Of a stretch of DNA of 64,000 nt, positions 1 through 9,931 are shown piece after piece. A program made the translations under genes and the position numbers. The notes under the pieces are model-generated. The model saw only the letters and a list, made by a program, of their open reading frames with translations. It did no database searches and was not told the DNA's origin. The stretch covers positions 2,944,001 through 3,008,000 of the forward strand of contig OY970340.1 of the NCBI GenBank assembly GCA_963717465.1, read 5' to 3'. This stretch comes from Candidatus Bathyarchaeota archaeon. Its GTDB lineage: Archaea; Thermoproteota; Bathyarchaeia; Bathyarchaeales; Bathycorpusculaceae. How positions within the stretch are numbered: position 1 is the stretch's first letter; the number at the start of each line of letters is the position of its first letter.

Positions 1-557
1 TAGCGCAAAGTGGTAAAAGTGATCGAGCGGTTGCCAAGGTCTTAGGTATAAATCACTCAACGCTATCAAAAAGAAGACAAAAATTAGAACGCGAAGGCTA
101 CGTAAAAGAATATACTTTTTTGCCAAACCTACATAAATTGGGACTCGGCGTTATCATATTTTCAATCTCTTCAACTTCTGATGTAGTGCCCCCGGAGGAT
201 CTTAAGACTCTGCATGAATACACACAGAAAATTCCCCAAATGATTTGTTTCTTAGAAGAGAATGATGTTGAAGGAACAAGTTGGTTTTCCGTGACTGTGC
301 ATAAGAGTTATGATGATTTCGTCGAACTATCCAATAAAGTGCGAAAAGAATTATGTGCTCAGCATAACGTACTGCATGTCGAATCAAAACGTCTCGTATT
401 TCGTACAGAAAAACTTTATCCAAAACCTCTCTCATTCCGACACTTAGAAGAGGTATTTCAGCTTACACACACATTAGACCACTTAGAAGATGTATTTCAA
501 CCAATAGATACGTTAAACCAAACGCATAAGAGAAAGAACAAAAAGCAGATTTCATAA
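1..557 (+). CDS. Lrp/AsnC-like winged-HTH transcriptional regulator (5' end outside the window)
   Basis: The frame of ORF 120..557 is open back to the window edge and reads AQSGKSDRAVAKVLGINHSTLSKRRQKLEREGYVKEYTFLPNLHKLG, an Lrp-type HTH followed by the P-x-L-x-K-L-G linker. Confidence 0.8.
   Translation, partial: AQSGKSDRAVAKVLGINHSTLSKRRQKLEREGYVKEYTFLPNLHKLGLGVIIFSISSTSDVVPPEDLKTLHEYTQKIPQMICFLEENDVEGTSWFSVTVHKSYDDFVELSNKVRKELCAQHNVLHVESKRLVFRTEKLYPKPLSFRHLEEVFQLTHTLDHLEDVFQPIDTLNQTHKRKNKKQIS
441..518 (+). repeat. 39-bp tandem duplication in the regulator's C-terminal tail
   Basis: CACTTAGAAGAGGTATTTCA at 441 and CACTTAGAAGATGTATTTCA at 480; encodes HLEEVFQLTHTLD then HLEDVFQPIDTLN. Confidence 0.8.
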
Positions 558-816
558 GCTTACAAAATCCTCAATTAACACTTTAACGTGCGATCCCAAA
601 TGATTCATTCAACTGTTTGCACAGTACGATAATACTTTTAAAAATATTTCTTCTTGCAGTAAGAAAAAAATCGTGCTTGTGGATTTTTTCTAAACCTACA
701 AGAAAATCTCATTCCATTATGTCTCTAAAAATCTTATTTTTTGCGATTTTGTTTATTTTTTCATTTCACTTTTTCCTTTTTGTCTAAAATTTCTCCTTTT
801 TTTGAACCTAAACTTC

Positions 817-837
817 TTATGCACAGAAATTGCATAA
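817..837. promoter_or_regulatory. Palindromic operator candidate upstream of the FAD oxidoreductase
   Basis: Perfect 7-bp inverted repeat TTATGCA-cagaaat-TGCATAA ending 27 nt before the ATG at 865. Confidence 0.45.
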
Positions 838-864
838 AACGAATCAAATAAGGGGCGAAAATAG

Positions 865-2590
865 ATGGGAACAAATAATAATTTTAAGAAATGGGATATT
901 GAAACCGACGTTGTTGTCGTAGGTTCTGGGGCTTCTGGTTTATGCGCAGCTAACGTTGCATCTCTTGAAGGCGCAAAGAAAGTTGTTGTGCTGGAGAAGA
1001 CCGAAATGATCGGTGGAGCAACAACTTATTCTGGAGGCGGCGCTTGGGTACCTAACAATAAATTCCTCAGAATGGGCTACAAAGTCGAAGTCTGGGATCC
1101 AATAAAGAAAGTTTGGAATTGGAAGCGGATCGATAACGAAGAAGGCCAACAGATGGCCAAAAGGTATGCAAAAAGATGCTCACTTGGATATTCAACCGAT
1201 GAACTCATAGAAACATACATAGATAATGCATGGAAGATGGCTGACTATCTTGAAGACCACACACATGTAAAATGGACTCACTGTAGACTAATGCCTGAAT
1301 ATTATCCAGACTGGGACGGCGCAGTAAAAGCAGGCAGAACCATAGAACCAATAGCCTTTGACACCAAAACAATGCCGCCTGAACTAGTTGAGAAACTTCG
1401 AATTATGCCACAGGGCTTTCCAGTAGTGATTGATGAAACGACAAGTGGGGCGGACTCAACACGATTGGAACTGAAGGCGCATGGGACTTTGGAATCGTAC
1501 TTGAAAGAGGAAATAACAACATTATCTCCATGGGACTTTCTTTAATAGCACTACTCGCATGGACATGCTACGATAATAAAATCGACATCATGACTAAAAC
1601 ACCTGCTAAACACTTAGTCACAGAAAATGGCCAAGTTGTCGGCTTAATCGCAGAAAAAGACGGCAAAGAAATAGCAATCCACGCTAAAAAAGGAGTAATC
1701 ATGTGCGCTGGCGGATTTGAATGGAACCCAAAATTCATCAAAGCCTTTACAAGAGGACCACTAATTGGACCAATGCCCGGACCACACAACACTGGCGATG
1801 GACAACGCATAGGAATGGAAGCTGGAGCACAACTGTCACAGATGCAAGACGCATGGTATTTCCCAACATGCTACTTCCCCGGAGATACATACGAAGGCCA
1901 ACCATCTTACAGAACCATCATGTACGATAAAGTTGCCCCAGGAACAATATGGGTCAACAAATACGGAAAACGATTCACAGACGAAGGCCAAAACTACAGA
2001 AGCGTAATGAGAACATTACAACAATACGATGCAATAAAACATGAATGGACAAATCATCCCTCCTGGATGATTTTTAACGAGTCTTGCCACAAAACCCATT
2101 TAATCGCTCAGATTCCAATGGACCAAGACCTACCAGACCCACCGTTTAAAAAGGAAATACTCTAAAAGAGTTAGCTGAGAAATGCGGCATGGATCCCGCT
2201 GGCTTAGAGGAAACAGTGAAGAACTTTAACAAATATGCAAAAGAAGGCAAAGACCCAGAGTTCCATCGAGGCGAAAGCTACTATGACTGGTTCTACGGAG
2301 ACAAAATAGGCGAAAAACGAGGAATCTACAAGAATTCAACCCTAGGAACCATTGAGAAGCCACCGTACTACGCAATCCAAGTTCTCCCCGGAGCTCTTGG
2401 CACCGCAGGAGGCATAGCGATAAACAAATATGGCCAAGCACTCGACTGGAATGACAAACCAATACCAGGCCTATATGCAGCCGGAAACAACTCGGGATGC
2501 GTTTTAGGCTGGGGTTATCCTGGCGGTGGATCTACAATAGGACCCGCACTCACCATGGCTTACATAGCGGGAAAAGAAATCGTAAAATAA
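865..2590 (+). CDS. FAD-dependent oxidoreductase, 3-ketosteroid delta1-dehydrogenase (KstD)/FAD_binding_2 family; split into 3 ORFs by two single-base losses
   Basis: DVVVVGSGASG Rossmann motif, LEKTEMIGGATTYSGGGAWVP, NTGDG, VNKYGKRFTDE, IPGLYAAGN, YPGGGSTIG. Adding one A near 1435 and one near 2150 (both A-runs) restores a single frame. Confidence 0.85.
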
Positions 2591-2766
2591 CATACTCTGC
2601 TGACTTTCAAAGGAAAGTTGATATCGAGTCAAATGATCCAAAAGCATCTACCATACTCAACGCCGATTAGTGATTGTGCGGTGGAAGAATAGTGACGGGG
2701 CAGGGCAAAGTAGTGGTTTTATCCCATTCCGCTACTCCCCTTCCCCCATAAAACGCAAAAACAGCT

Positions 2767-2806
2767 AATCTATTAAGGCGGTGAAGAAATTACTTCACCT
2801 TAGATT
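2767..2806. terminator. Hairpin between convergent genes, possible terminator
   Basis: GGTGAAG-aaatta-CTTCACC stem with outer AATCTA/TAGATT pairing, just past the ahcY stop. Confidence 0.3.
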
Positions 2807-2820
2807 AAAATATAAGGACG

Positions 2821-4077
2821 TTAAGTTGTTCCCATTTCCCATGTTGAGAGGTATTTTTTCTGCTCTTCAGTTAACTCGTCGATTTTAACATCCATTGCTT
2901 TTAGCTTTAGTTCAGCGACTGCTTCATCTATTTCTTTGGGAACAGAGTAAACTTTCGGCTGAAGCTTTGCTGTTTTTGCGATGTATTCTGAGCTTAATGC
3001 TTGATTAGCAAAGGACATATCCATAACTTCAGATGGGTGCCCTTCTGCCGCGGCTAAGTTTACGAGTCTTCCTTCAGCCAAAAGGTACAGTTTTCTTCCA
3101 TTCTTTAGTGTGTATTCTTCAAGGTTTGGTCTCATCGTTCTTTTTGAAGTTGAAAGTGCTTCTAGATCTTTTATGTTGACTTCTACGTTGAAGTGTCCGC
3201 TGTTGGCCATTATTGCGCCGTCTTTCATTTTTTGCATGTGTTCTTTTCTTACGACGCTGATGTCTCCGGTGGCAGTGACGAATATGTCGCCTATCGCAGC
3301 TGCTTCTGACATAGGCATGACTCTTAAGCCGTTCATTACTGCCTCTAATGCTTTTGTAGGCTGAACTTCAGTGACGATAACATTGGCTCCTAATCCTTGG
3401 GCTCGCATAGCTATGCCTCTTGAACACCATCCGTATCCGCCCACAACAAAATTCTTGCCTGCTAAAAGCGTGTTAGTCGCTCTTAATATGCCATCAATGG
3501 TGCTTTGCCCTGTCCCGTAACGGTTGTCAAAAAGATGCTTCGTGTAAGCATCATTCACAGCAATGATAGGATACTTGAGACTTCCATCCATTTCCATTGC
3601 TCTAAGCCTGATGACGCCAGTTGTGGTTTCTTCAGTTCCACCTTTGAGATTCTTTAATTCCTTTGCTCTTTTGCTGTGTAAGGTGCCAACTAGGTCTGCG
3701 CCGTCATCAAGAGTTACAACGGGCTTGTAATCTAAAACATTGTTGATGCATTTGTAGTATTCATCAGTGTTTTGTCCTCGCCAAGCGAAAACATTTACGC
3801 CTTTGTCAGCTAAGGCTGCGGCGACATCGTCTTGAGTTGAAAGAGGGTTTGAACCGCATAACGCGATTTTTGCCCCTCCAGCAATTAAAGTATCTACAAG
3901 AACCGCTGTTTCTTTAGTGACATGAAGACAAGCGCCTAAAGTTAAGCCTTTTAACGGTTTTTCTTCATTAAACCTTTTTCGTACCAATTTTAAAACGGGC
4001 ATGTGACGTGAAGACCACTCAATCTGCAAGTGACCTTGCGGAGCTAACGATTTATCTTTAACTTGAAATTCTTCCAA
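2821..4077 (-). CDS. ahcY: Adenosylhomocysteinase
   Basis: [66 protein letters not shown]. Confidence 0.98.
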   Translation of the reverse strand: MEEFQVKDKSLAPQGHLQIEWSSRHMPVLKLVRKRFNEEKPLKGLTLGACLHVTKETAVLVDTLIAGGAKIALCGSNPLSTQDDVAAALADKGVNVFAWRGQNTDEYYKCINNVLDYKPVVTLDDGADLVGTLHSKRAKELKNLKGGTEETTTGVIRLRAMEMDGSLKYPIIAVNDAYTKHLFDNRYGTGQSTIDGILRATNTLLAGKNFVVGGYGWCSRGIAMRAQGLGANVIVTEVQPTKALEAVMNGLRVMPMSEAAAIGDIFVTATGDISVVRKEHMQKMKDGAIMANSGHFNVEVNIKDLEALSTSKRTMRPNLEEYTLKNGRKLYLLAEGRLVNLAAAEGHPSEVMDMSFANQALSSEYIAKTAKLQPKVYSVPKEIDEAVAELKLKAMDVKIDELTEEQKKYLSTWEMGTT

Positions 4078-4236
4078 TAATATTACACCTATCCTTTATT
4101 TTGGCTGACATATTATTTAGTTTTATCTACTTAAAAATCCCTAATCAGTTAGCCGTATTTTGCTTGTTGCGTGTTTTTCTTTCTGAAACTTTTAAAAAGC
4201 TAAACTGCTTAATTCTGAGGAGAGGATGAAGTATTC

Positions 4237-5349
4237 TTGAGTGATGCTAGCACTGTTAAGTTAACAAAGGATGCTATTCATCAGTACCTTTCTGCATTGC
4301 ATGGTGAAGAGGTAGAAGTTCAAAAAGTTTGGCGATTAGGCGAGACCCCCGGCACTTCAACCGATTTAAAGGGGTTCGGTTACGGTTTCCCATACGCTAT
4401 TGAGTTCAAGGTCAACGGGAAAGTCAAGCGCGTGGTTCTCGAGACTATGCGGCCGACAGAGGGGTTTGGACATGACCACTTTTCCGATCGAGCTCAAGTT
4501 CTGATCTGGCAAAACTCGGCTTTCAATAAGCTTCCAAAACATGTTCGCTCAGTAGATGTTGGCGCGTTTGAAGAAACGGGCACGTTAAAATCAGTTGGCA
4601 ACTGTTCTGAATTCTTTATTCTAACTGAGTTTATCGAGGGAAAACTTTACCATTTGGATTTAGATCGACTAAAAGCTTCAGGGGAAATGAGTGAGCTAGA
4701 TGAAAACCGTTGCATGGCCTTGTCGGATTATCTTGTGCAAATTCATAAGTCGAGGCATAATTCGCCTAATCTGTATATACGGCGTATCCGCGATTTAGTC
4801 GGGCATGGTGAATGCATAATGGGGTTACTTGATAGTTACCCCCGCGACTTCGCATATGTAAACAAGTCTTACTTTATAGACATTGAAAAAGAATGCATTA
4901 ATTGGCGGTGGCGCTTAAAAGAAAGAACGCACAGGCTAAGCCAAGTTCACGGCGATTTCCACCCTTGGAACTTATTGTTCCGTGAAGGAACAGATTTCAC
5001 TGTTCTGGATAGAAGCAGAGGCGAGTGGGGAGAACCAGCAGATGACGTTTCAGCACTTACCATTAACTACTTATTCTATTCACTGCAAAAGTACGGTGAA
5101 TTAAACGGTTGCTTTGAGCGACTGTTTAAACTTTTTTGGCAAAACTATCTACGCAAGACCGGCGATTCAGAAATCTTGGAAGTTATTCAGCCTTTTTACG
5201 CTTGGAGAAGCTTGGTCGTCGCCTCACCAATATGGTACCCGAACTTAAACGCGGATGTCAGAGTTAAACTGTTAAATTTCGCTCAAAACGTATTGCAGAA
5301 AGACAGGTTCGACTGGTTTGACGTAAACGCATACTTTGGAAACCACTAA
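4237..5349 (+). CDS. Aminoglycoside-phosphotransferase/protein-kinase-like fold phosphotransferase, substrate unknown
   Basis: Brenner motif QVHGDFHPWNLL followed by VLDRSRGEWGEPADD. Confidence 0.85.
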   Translation: MSDASTVKLTKDAIHQYLSALHGEEVEVQKVWRLGETPGTSTDLKGFGYGFPYAIEFKVNGKVKRVVLETMRPTEGFGHDHFSDRAQVLIWQNSAFNKLPKHVRSVDVGAFEETGTLKSVGNCSEFFILTEFIEGKLYHLDLDRLKASGEMSELDENRCMALSDYLVQIHKSRHNSPNLYIRRIRDLVGHGECIMGLLDSYPRDFAYVNKSYFIDIEKECINWRWRLKERTHRLSQVHGDFHPWNLLFREGTDFTVLDRSRGEWGEPADDVSALTINYLFYSLQKYGELNGCFERLFKLFWQNYLRKTGDSEILEVIQPFYAWRSLVVASPIWYPNLNADVRVKLLNFAQNVLQKDRFDWFDVNAYFGNH

Positions 5350-5435
5350 AACTTTCTAATGCACCCAGGGGATATATCTGGTTTCGGAATAAAGAGTATA
5401 AATACAGATTTATGATAGTGCATTCGGCGCATAAG

Positions 5436-5546
5436 ATGGAAATCGAAACCTGCGAAGATTTAAAGAAAGTTCTAAGGAGTTTTGACTACTCCAATACTGC
5501 TATAGCCCAGATTGCTAAATGGTACTGTGACACAAAAGACCGCTGA
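5436..5546 (+). CDS. 36-aa small protein (not in ORF track)
   Basis: MEIETCEDLKKVLRSFDYSNTAIAQIAKWYCDTKDR; amphipathic helical pattern; TATA-like GTATAAATA about 35 nt upstream. Confidence 0.5.
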   Translation: MEIETCEDLKKVLRSFDYSNTAIAQIAKWYCDTKDR

Positions 5547-5582
5547 ATATGTAATAGGATTATTCGATAGCGGTGCGAGTGC

Positions 5583-6608
5583 TTGAAAGAATCATCCAAA
5601 TGGAAATACATCAGTTATGCAACTTTGTTTGTTATCTTCCTTTCTTGCATTATTTCTCTTTCAGTCTCAAATAGTCTCAAAATCATAGCCATCATGCTGA
5701 CTTTGTTTGATGCTGCATGTTTTGTGATTTTTAGGGTTTTATCCACCTCTAAATTAGATGATGAAAATAGACAAATAGTTCCATTTCCAACAGAAAAAGA
5801 ATTTGAAGTCTTGAAGACTAAATCTCAGGCGACACGTCCTAATAATGATGAGTCGGAGATTAATAGCTGGATAACTAAGTGGAAGGAAATAAAACAACTC
5901 AACATACCTGCACAGCAGGATCATTTCTTTCTTGAGAGAAGATGCCTCGACGATTTCTCGAAAGAACTTATCTTACATGCTGAGGAAGAAGTCTTAATAG
6001 CAAACCCATTCTTTCGGCATTGCGATTTAAGCGACACTCTTCTCGAAACCAACCGAAAGGGGATCAGAGTCCAAATAATCACTCGCCCGCCCCAAGACGA
6101 AAATCCTGAATACCTCGAAAAAGGAAAACAGTATCACGAGGCGCTAAAACATGAAGGCATAGATCTTTTTTACGACGACCAAATGCACACAAAAATAATA
6201 ATAGTCGATAGGGAAGTTGCGATAGTTTCGTCCATGAACTTCTTGGGAAATTCATCAGCTGGTGTCTCATGGGAAACAGGTCTCGTCACCATGAACCCCG
6301 AAGTTGTTGAGTCAATAGTTAACGCCTTTACTAAGGCACTACACCTCAGCAGTCTTTACCAAAGCAAAACCTCAGAATTGGCAGAAGAAAGAATTAATCA
6401 ACAATATGTCATTAAAGAAAAATCATACACTATTGAAAAGGTGCGTCAGAAGTTCCTTAGAGCTTATGAACCATGGACTACTGGCGAAGATAATCAACTC
6501 AAAACAGAATACGGACAAGGTCTAAAAATAGCCGAAATAGCGAAGATACACAAAAGGCAAAGAGGTGCAATACGTTCGAGACTTGTGAAATTAGGTCTTA
6601 GCAGCTAG
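5583..6608 (+). CDS. Membrane-anchored phospholipase D-like (single HKD) protein with C-terminal Myb/HTH-like domain
   Basis: Two N-terminal hydrophobic helices; MHTKIIIVDREVAIVSSMNF (HxKxxxxD...SxN); C-terminal AYEPWTTGEDNQL...IAEIAKIHKRQRGAIRSRLVKLGL. Confidence 0.8.
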   Translation: MKESSKWKYISYATLFVIFLSCIISLSVSNSLKIIAIMLTLFDAACFVIFRVLSTSKLDDENRQIVPFPTEKEFEVLKTKSQATRPNNDESEINSWITKWKEIKQLNIPAQQDHFFLERRCLDDFSKELILHAEEEVLIANPFFRHCDLSDTLLETNRKGIRVQIITRPPQDENPEYLEKGKQYHEALKHEGIDLFYDDQMHTKIIIVDREVAIVSSMNFLGNSSAGVSWETGLVTMNPEVVESIVNAFTKALHLSSLYQSKTSELAEERINQQYVIKEKSYTIEKVRQKFLRAYEPWTTGEDNQLKTEYGQGLKIAEIAKIHKRQRGAIRSRLVKLGLSS

Positions 6609-6712
6609 TTGGACCCGAAACAAATCTTTCTGCTCTAACAGAATGGGCACAAAGTCTTAATTTTAGCTCCAAACATCTATATTGCAACCAAAACTTAGGC
6701 GGAAAACACTTT

Positions 6713-7255
6713 ATGGAAAAGGGTTGGTGTGTTTGGGTCACTGGTTTACCTGGCAGCGGCAAATCTGTAGTTTCGCGTTTGCTGATTAAGCTTCTTGAGA
6801 GTAAACACATCTCTGTACAACTATTATCCTCGGATGAATTACGCAAGATTCTCACGCCTAAACCAACTTATTCACTTGAGGAACGCGATGTAGTTTACTC
6901 AACGCTTGTTTACATCGCCAAATTGTTAACAGAAAATGGCGTGAACGTTTTGATAGATGCCACAGGCAATCTAAGACGCTACAGGGACGAAGCTCGAGTC
7001 CAAATCCCTCGCTTTATAGAAGCTTACCTTGATTGCCCTGTTGAGGTATGCGTACAACGCGAAGCTAACCGGAAGAAAACTTACAATGCTCCCAGAAATA
7101 TTTACCTAGGCGCTGTAAAAGGAAAATCCTCCACTGTTCCAGGCATGGGGCAACCTTATGAGGCCCCTTTGCAGCCAGAAGTGATAGTGAATGCTGAATG
7201 CCCACCTCAAAGGGCAGCTGAAAAAATCCTAAAAGCGATTCTTGCGTTAATGTGA
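6713..7255 (+). CDS. Adenylyl-sulfate kinase-like (CysC-like) P-loop kinase
   Basis: VWVTGLPGSGKS Walker A, LSSDELR, YSLEERD, AYLDCPVEVCVQRE, PYEAPLQPE. Confidence 0.85.
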   Translation: MEKGWCVWVTGLPGSGKSVVSRLLIKLLESKHISVQLLSSDELRKILTPKPTYSLEERDVVYSTLVYIAKLLTENGVNVLIDATGNLRRYRDEARVQIPRFIEAYLDCPVEVCVQREANRKKTYNAPRNIYLGAVKGKSSTVPGMGQPYEAPLQPEVIVNAECPPQRAAEKILKAILALM

Positions 7256-7294
7256 CTAGTCTTTTCGTTTCTTTGAAAGTTTAGTCGTTTTAAT

Positions 7295-7597
7295 TTAGTG
7301 TTTCAGTTCAATTTTTTCGCGAAGAGTGTTTACATCTTTTATTTCTTCTTTCAAGTTGATGGTTTCACCCATCAATGGTCCAACGAAATTAGCAGGTATA
7401 GGAACGACAGCTTCTCTCCTAAAACCAGTCTTTATCCCATAAAGTTTTGCAACATCACTGTTTAAGACAACGTACAATGTTTTGACTGCCCAAGTCTTCT
7501 CGTCTATTTCAACGTCGTCAAGTTCGCCTATTTCCATGCCGTTTGCCGCTAGAACTTTTTTCCCTCTAAGGTCTTCTGATTTTACCATATTCATCAA
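7295..7597 (-). CDS. PRC-barrel domain protein
   Basis: DLRGKKVLAANGMEIGELDDVEIDEKTWAVKTLYV is the PRC-barrel pattern. Confidence 0.85.
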   Translation of the reverse strand: MMNMVKSEDLRGKKVLAANGMEIGELDDVEIDEKTWAVKTLYVVLNSDVAKLYGIKTGFRREAVVPIPANFVGPLMGETINLKEEIKDVNTLREKIELKH

Positions 7598-7706
7598 ATA
7601 ATCAATTTATTTTAGCCGTGTAAAAGCCTTTGTAGCATCATTGAGTTTACAACATTAAAATTCTAGCATAACAAAGAGAGATAAGCAGTTTTAGAGCAAC
7701 AGAATT

Positions 7707-8678
7707 TCAGGGCGTTTCTATGACGCCTGCGACCCGCAATTTTACCCCTTCAAGATACATTAGCACTGCTTTGTCTTTCGGTTGGTGAACAAGCGGCTTC
7801 TCCAATGTTAATTTTAATATGGGTTTGCGCCAGTCACCTTCATCTGAAACCTCGTCGACCTTGCAGGTTACGAACTGCGTCCAGTGACCCAGATGCACCA
7901 CCATTCCAGTCTTAATAGGTGTCTGCCAATACTTTACCAGCACCGCTTTGGATGTCAAATTCGTCGACGTTTTAATTGTTGGATCGTTCGTTAATACTGC
8001 GCCTCTGTCTAAGTCGCTTACTTCAACGTTTTTTAAGGCAAGCCCCACTCTGTCACCTTCGCTTGCCAAGTCAAATTCGTCATCATGTTTTTGAATTGAC
8101 CTGACTTGAGCAGTTTTTAAGATGGGCAAAACGTTTAGTGTATCGTGTTTGTGGATAGTTCCGTATGCGACTACTCCAAGGATCACAACTCCGACGCCTT
8201 TAACGTTGAAGGCATGATCCACTGGAGTAGCTCCAACAGAGTTTAATGCAGTTGCTGTTTCTGGCGACTTTTGCTTCGAAGCGTCTGCTAAAAGTTTTTC
8301 TCTGATGTCGTTTGGATCATCGTTGATGATTTCAAATTTCTCAATGTTTGTGCCTTTGATTAACTGTTCAATTTTTTCCTTTGGAACATAATTTTTTAAG
8401 ATTATGTAGCCGCTTGTGATGTTTGAGCATTGAAGCATTACTAGGCTTTCGCCAAAGGTTGCGTTAATTTCTTCCACTACAATTAATGCTTTTTTAGATA
8501 GGGAGACAGCATAGAATAATGGAGCAAGCCTTTCAGGGTATCTTGTAGGCTCAATGAGCGTTACTGTGTCCTCGCCTCGTTTAAGATTGTAAAAGGTTAT
8601 GTCCGAACACGTCCCTTTTTTACCAAGACTTGCACCATAGCCCGAGACTCCGAGAATAGCTACTGTAAGGTTACCCAT
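7707..8678 (-). CDS. Archaeal SelB-like protein (aSelBL; EF-Tu domains II/III with a degenerate G domain)
   Basis: LGKKGTCSDITFYN N-terminus lacking a GxxxxGK(S/T) P-loop; VDHAFNVKGVGVVILG, VRSIQKHD and GDRVGLALKN match EF-Tu/SelB domain II. Confidence 0.9.
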   Translation of the reverse strand: MGNLTVAILGVSGYGASLGKKGTCSDITFYNLKRGEDTVTLIEPTRYPERLAPLFYAVSLSKKALIVVEEINATFGESLVMLQCSNITSGYIILKNYVPKEKIEQLIKGTNIEKFEIINDDPNDIREKLLADASKQKSPETATALNSVGATPVDHAFNVKGVGVVILGVVAYGTIHKHDTLNVLPILKTAQVRSIQKHDDEFDLASEGDRVGLALKNVEVSDLDRGAVLTNDPTIKTSTNLTSKAVLVKYWQTPIKTGMVVHLGHWTQFVTCKVDEVSDEGDWRKPILKLTLEKPLVHQPKDKAVLMYLEGVKLRVAGVIETP

Positions 8679-8916
8679 GAATAATGACCTATGAATCAGG
8701 CATGATGTTTTGCTTTAGAGATAAATTTAACGGCTGAGTTTGCTAGTTTTTTAGTTTAGAAGTCGCCAGTCATATATGCTGAAAAACCTCGCGCCAGAAT
8801 ATCATTGGAAAGAAAGTAACAAACAACCTAACTTATTCCGTGAAAAGTTTTAAGAGCGCACGCTGATATTAAGTACGACAAGAAAACTCAGTAGAATTTT
8901 GGGAGATTGGCTACTA

Positions 8917-9285
8917 TTGACAACAACTAGCCGACTATCGAAAGCCAAATTCATTAGCCTTGAAACATACAAAAGAAACGGCGAAGCAGTCAGAACTCCC
9001 GTTTGGTTTGTGGAGGAAAATGGCTTGGTTTACTTTCATTCGCCGGCAAAATCTTGGAAAATAAAGAGGCTTCAAAGAAATCCAATTGTTCGCCTGGCAC
9101 CTTGTTCAAGATCCGGCAAGATACATGGAGACTGGCTCAAGGGAAAAGTCACATTAATCGATGGAGAAGAAGGCAAAAAAATAGTTAAGCGGGTAAACTC
9201 CTCACTGTCGGGACTGGATAGAATTATTGGCTTTTTTGAGAAAAGCGACAGGGTTGCTTTCTCAATCAAGTTGGAAGATAATTAG
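8917..9285 (+). CDS. PPOX-class (putative F420-dependent) split-barrel oxidoreductase
   Basis: FISLETYKRNGEAVRTPVWF, SWKIKRLQRNPIVRLAPC. The TTG at 8917 follows GGGAG; the track ORF starts at 8899. Confidence 0.85.
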   Translation: MTTTSRLSKAKFISLETYKRNGEAVRTPVWFVEENGLVYFHSPAKSWKIKRLQRNPIVRLAPCSRSGKIHGDWLKGKVTLIDGEEGKKIVKRVNSSLSGLDRIIGFFEKSDRVAFSIKLEDN

Positions 9286-9350
9286 AAACGCACGCCACGC
9301 GCTTCATGGATGATAAGTCTTAAATCTGCAAAAGCAAAGAAAGAGTACCT

Positions 9351-9825
9351 CATGGCAAAAACTGAAATGCCCAAAGACATTAGATTATGATGGATTAATT
9401 GAAGAGCTTGTTCAAAAGATAGATAATGAAAAAGCTCTTTTCAATCTGCTTTACGAACTCGATGTTTACAACTCAACAGTTACCTTCACTGTTCTGTTAT
9501 TTGTTGTTGGAATTGTAATTTTGGCTTTGCCGAACAGTTTTGCTCCTTTAACTGACAGACTCGCACTTTTCATAGCAGTAATCTCGATTTTTTTCGCATT
9601 CGCAGGTGCTTAGTAACAGATTTGAAAGGTATTGTTGTTAGTAATAATTTCAAAAAGGCGGTCCAGAAATTCAAAATAGATGAGAAAGAGGAAGAAAAAA
9701 GACTTTTGCTCATGGCATTAATAAAAATGAAAGCAATGAACCACCATTCTAAATTAGGGATAGCCAAAAAAACGCATGAAGACATGTTCACTAAAGATAA
9801 GCTGTTAGAAAGGCTATATCAATAA
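9351..9825 (+). CDS. Hypothetical two-TM membrane protein, two frameshifts (error or pseudogene)
   Basis: ATG at 9351; the shifted frame reads LDYDGLIEELVQKIDNEKALFNLLYELDVYNSTVTFTVLLFVVGIVILALP...LALFIAVISIFFAFAG and shifts again into ORF 9622..9825. Confidence 0.5.
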
Positions 9826-9931
9826 AAAGATTCCAGAGTACATTAAACGGTTAGGGCTATTAACGAGTCCTTAAATTTTGGGAATTTATGCTAGAAAAAA
9901 CTATATCTAAAACCCCTAATACTATAACGCT

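Noticed and set aside
2140..2165. TTTAAAAAG at the oxidoreductase split as a programmed -1 frameshift
   Set aside because: Not a canonical in-frame X XXY YYZ heptamer; the gene has a second indel and similar errors occur across the window.
7707..8678. Selenocysteine recoding system
   Set aside because: The protein lacks a functional G domain, and no in-frame UGA gene, SECIS, selD or tRNA-Sec was seen.
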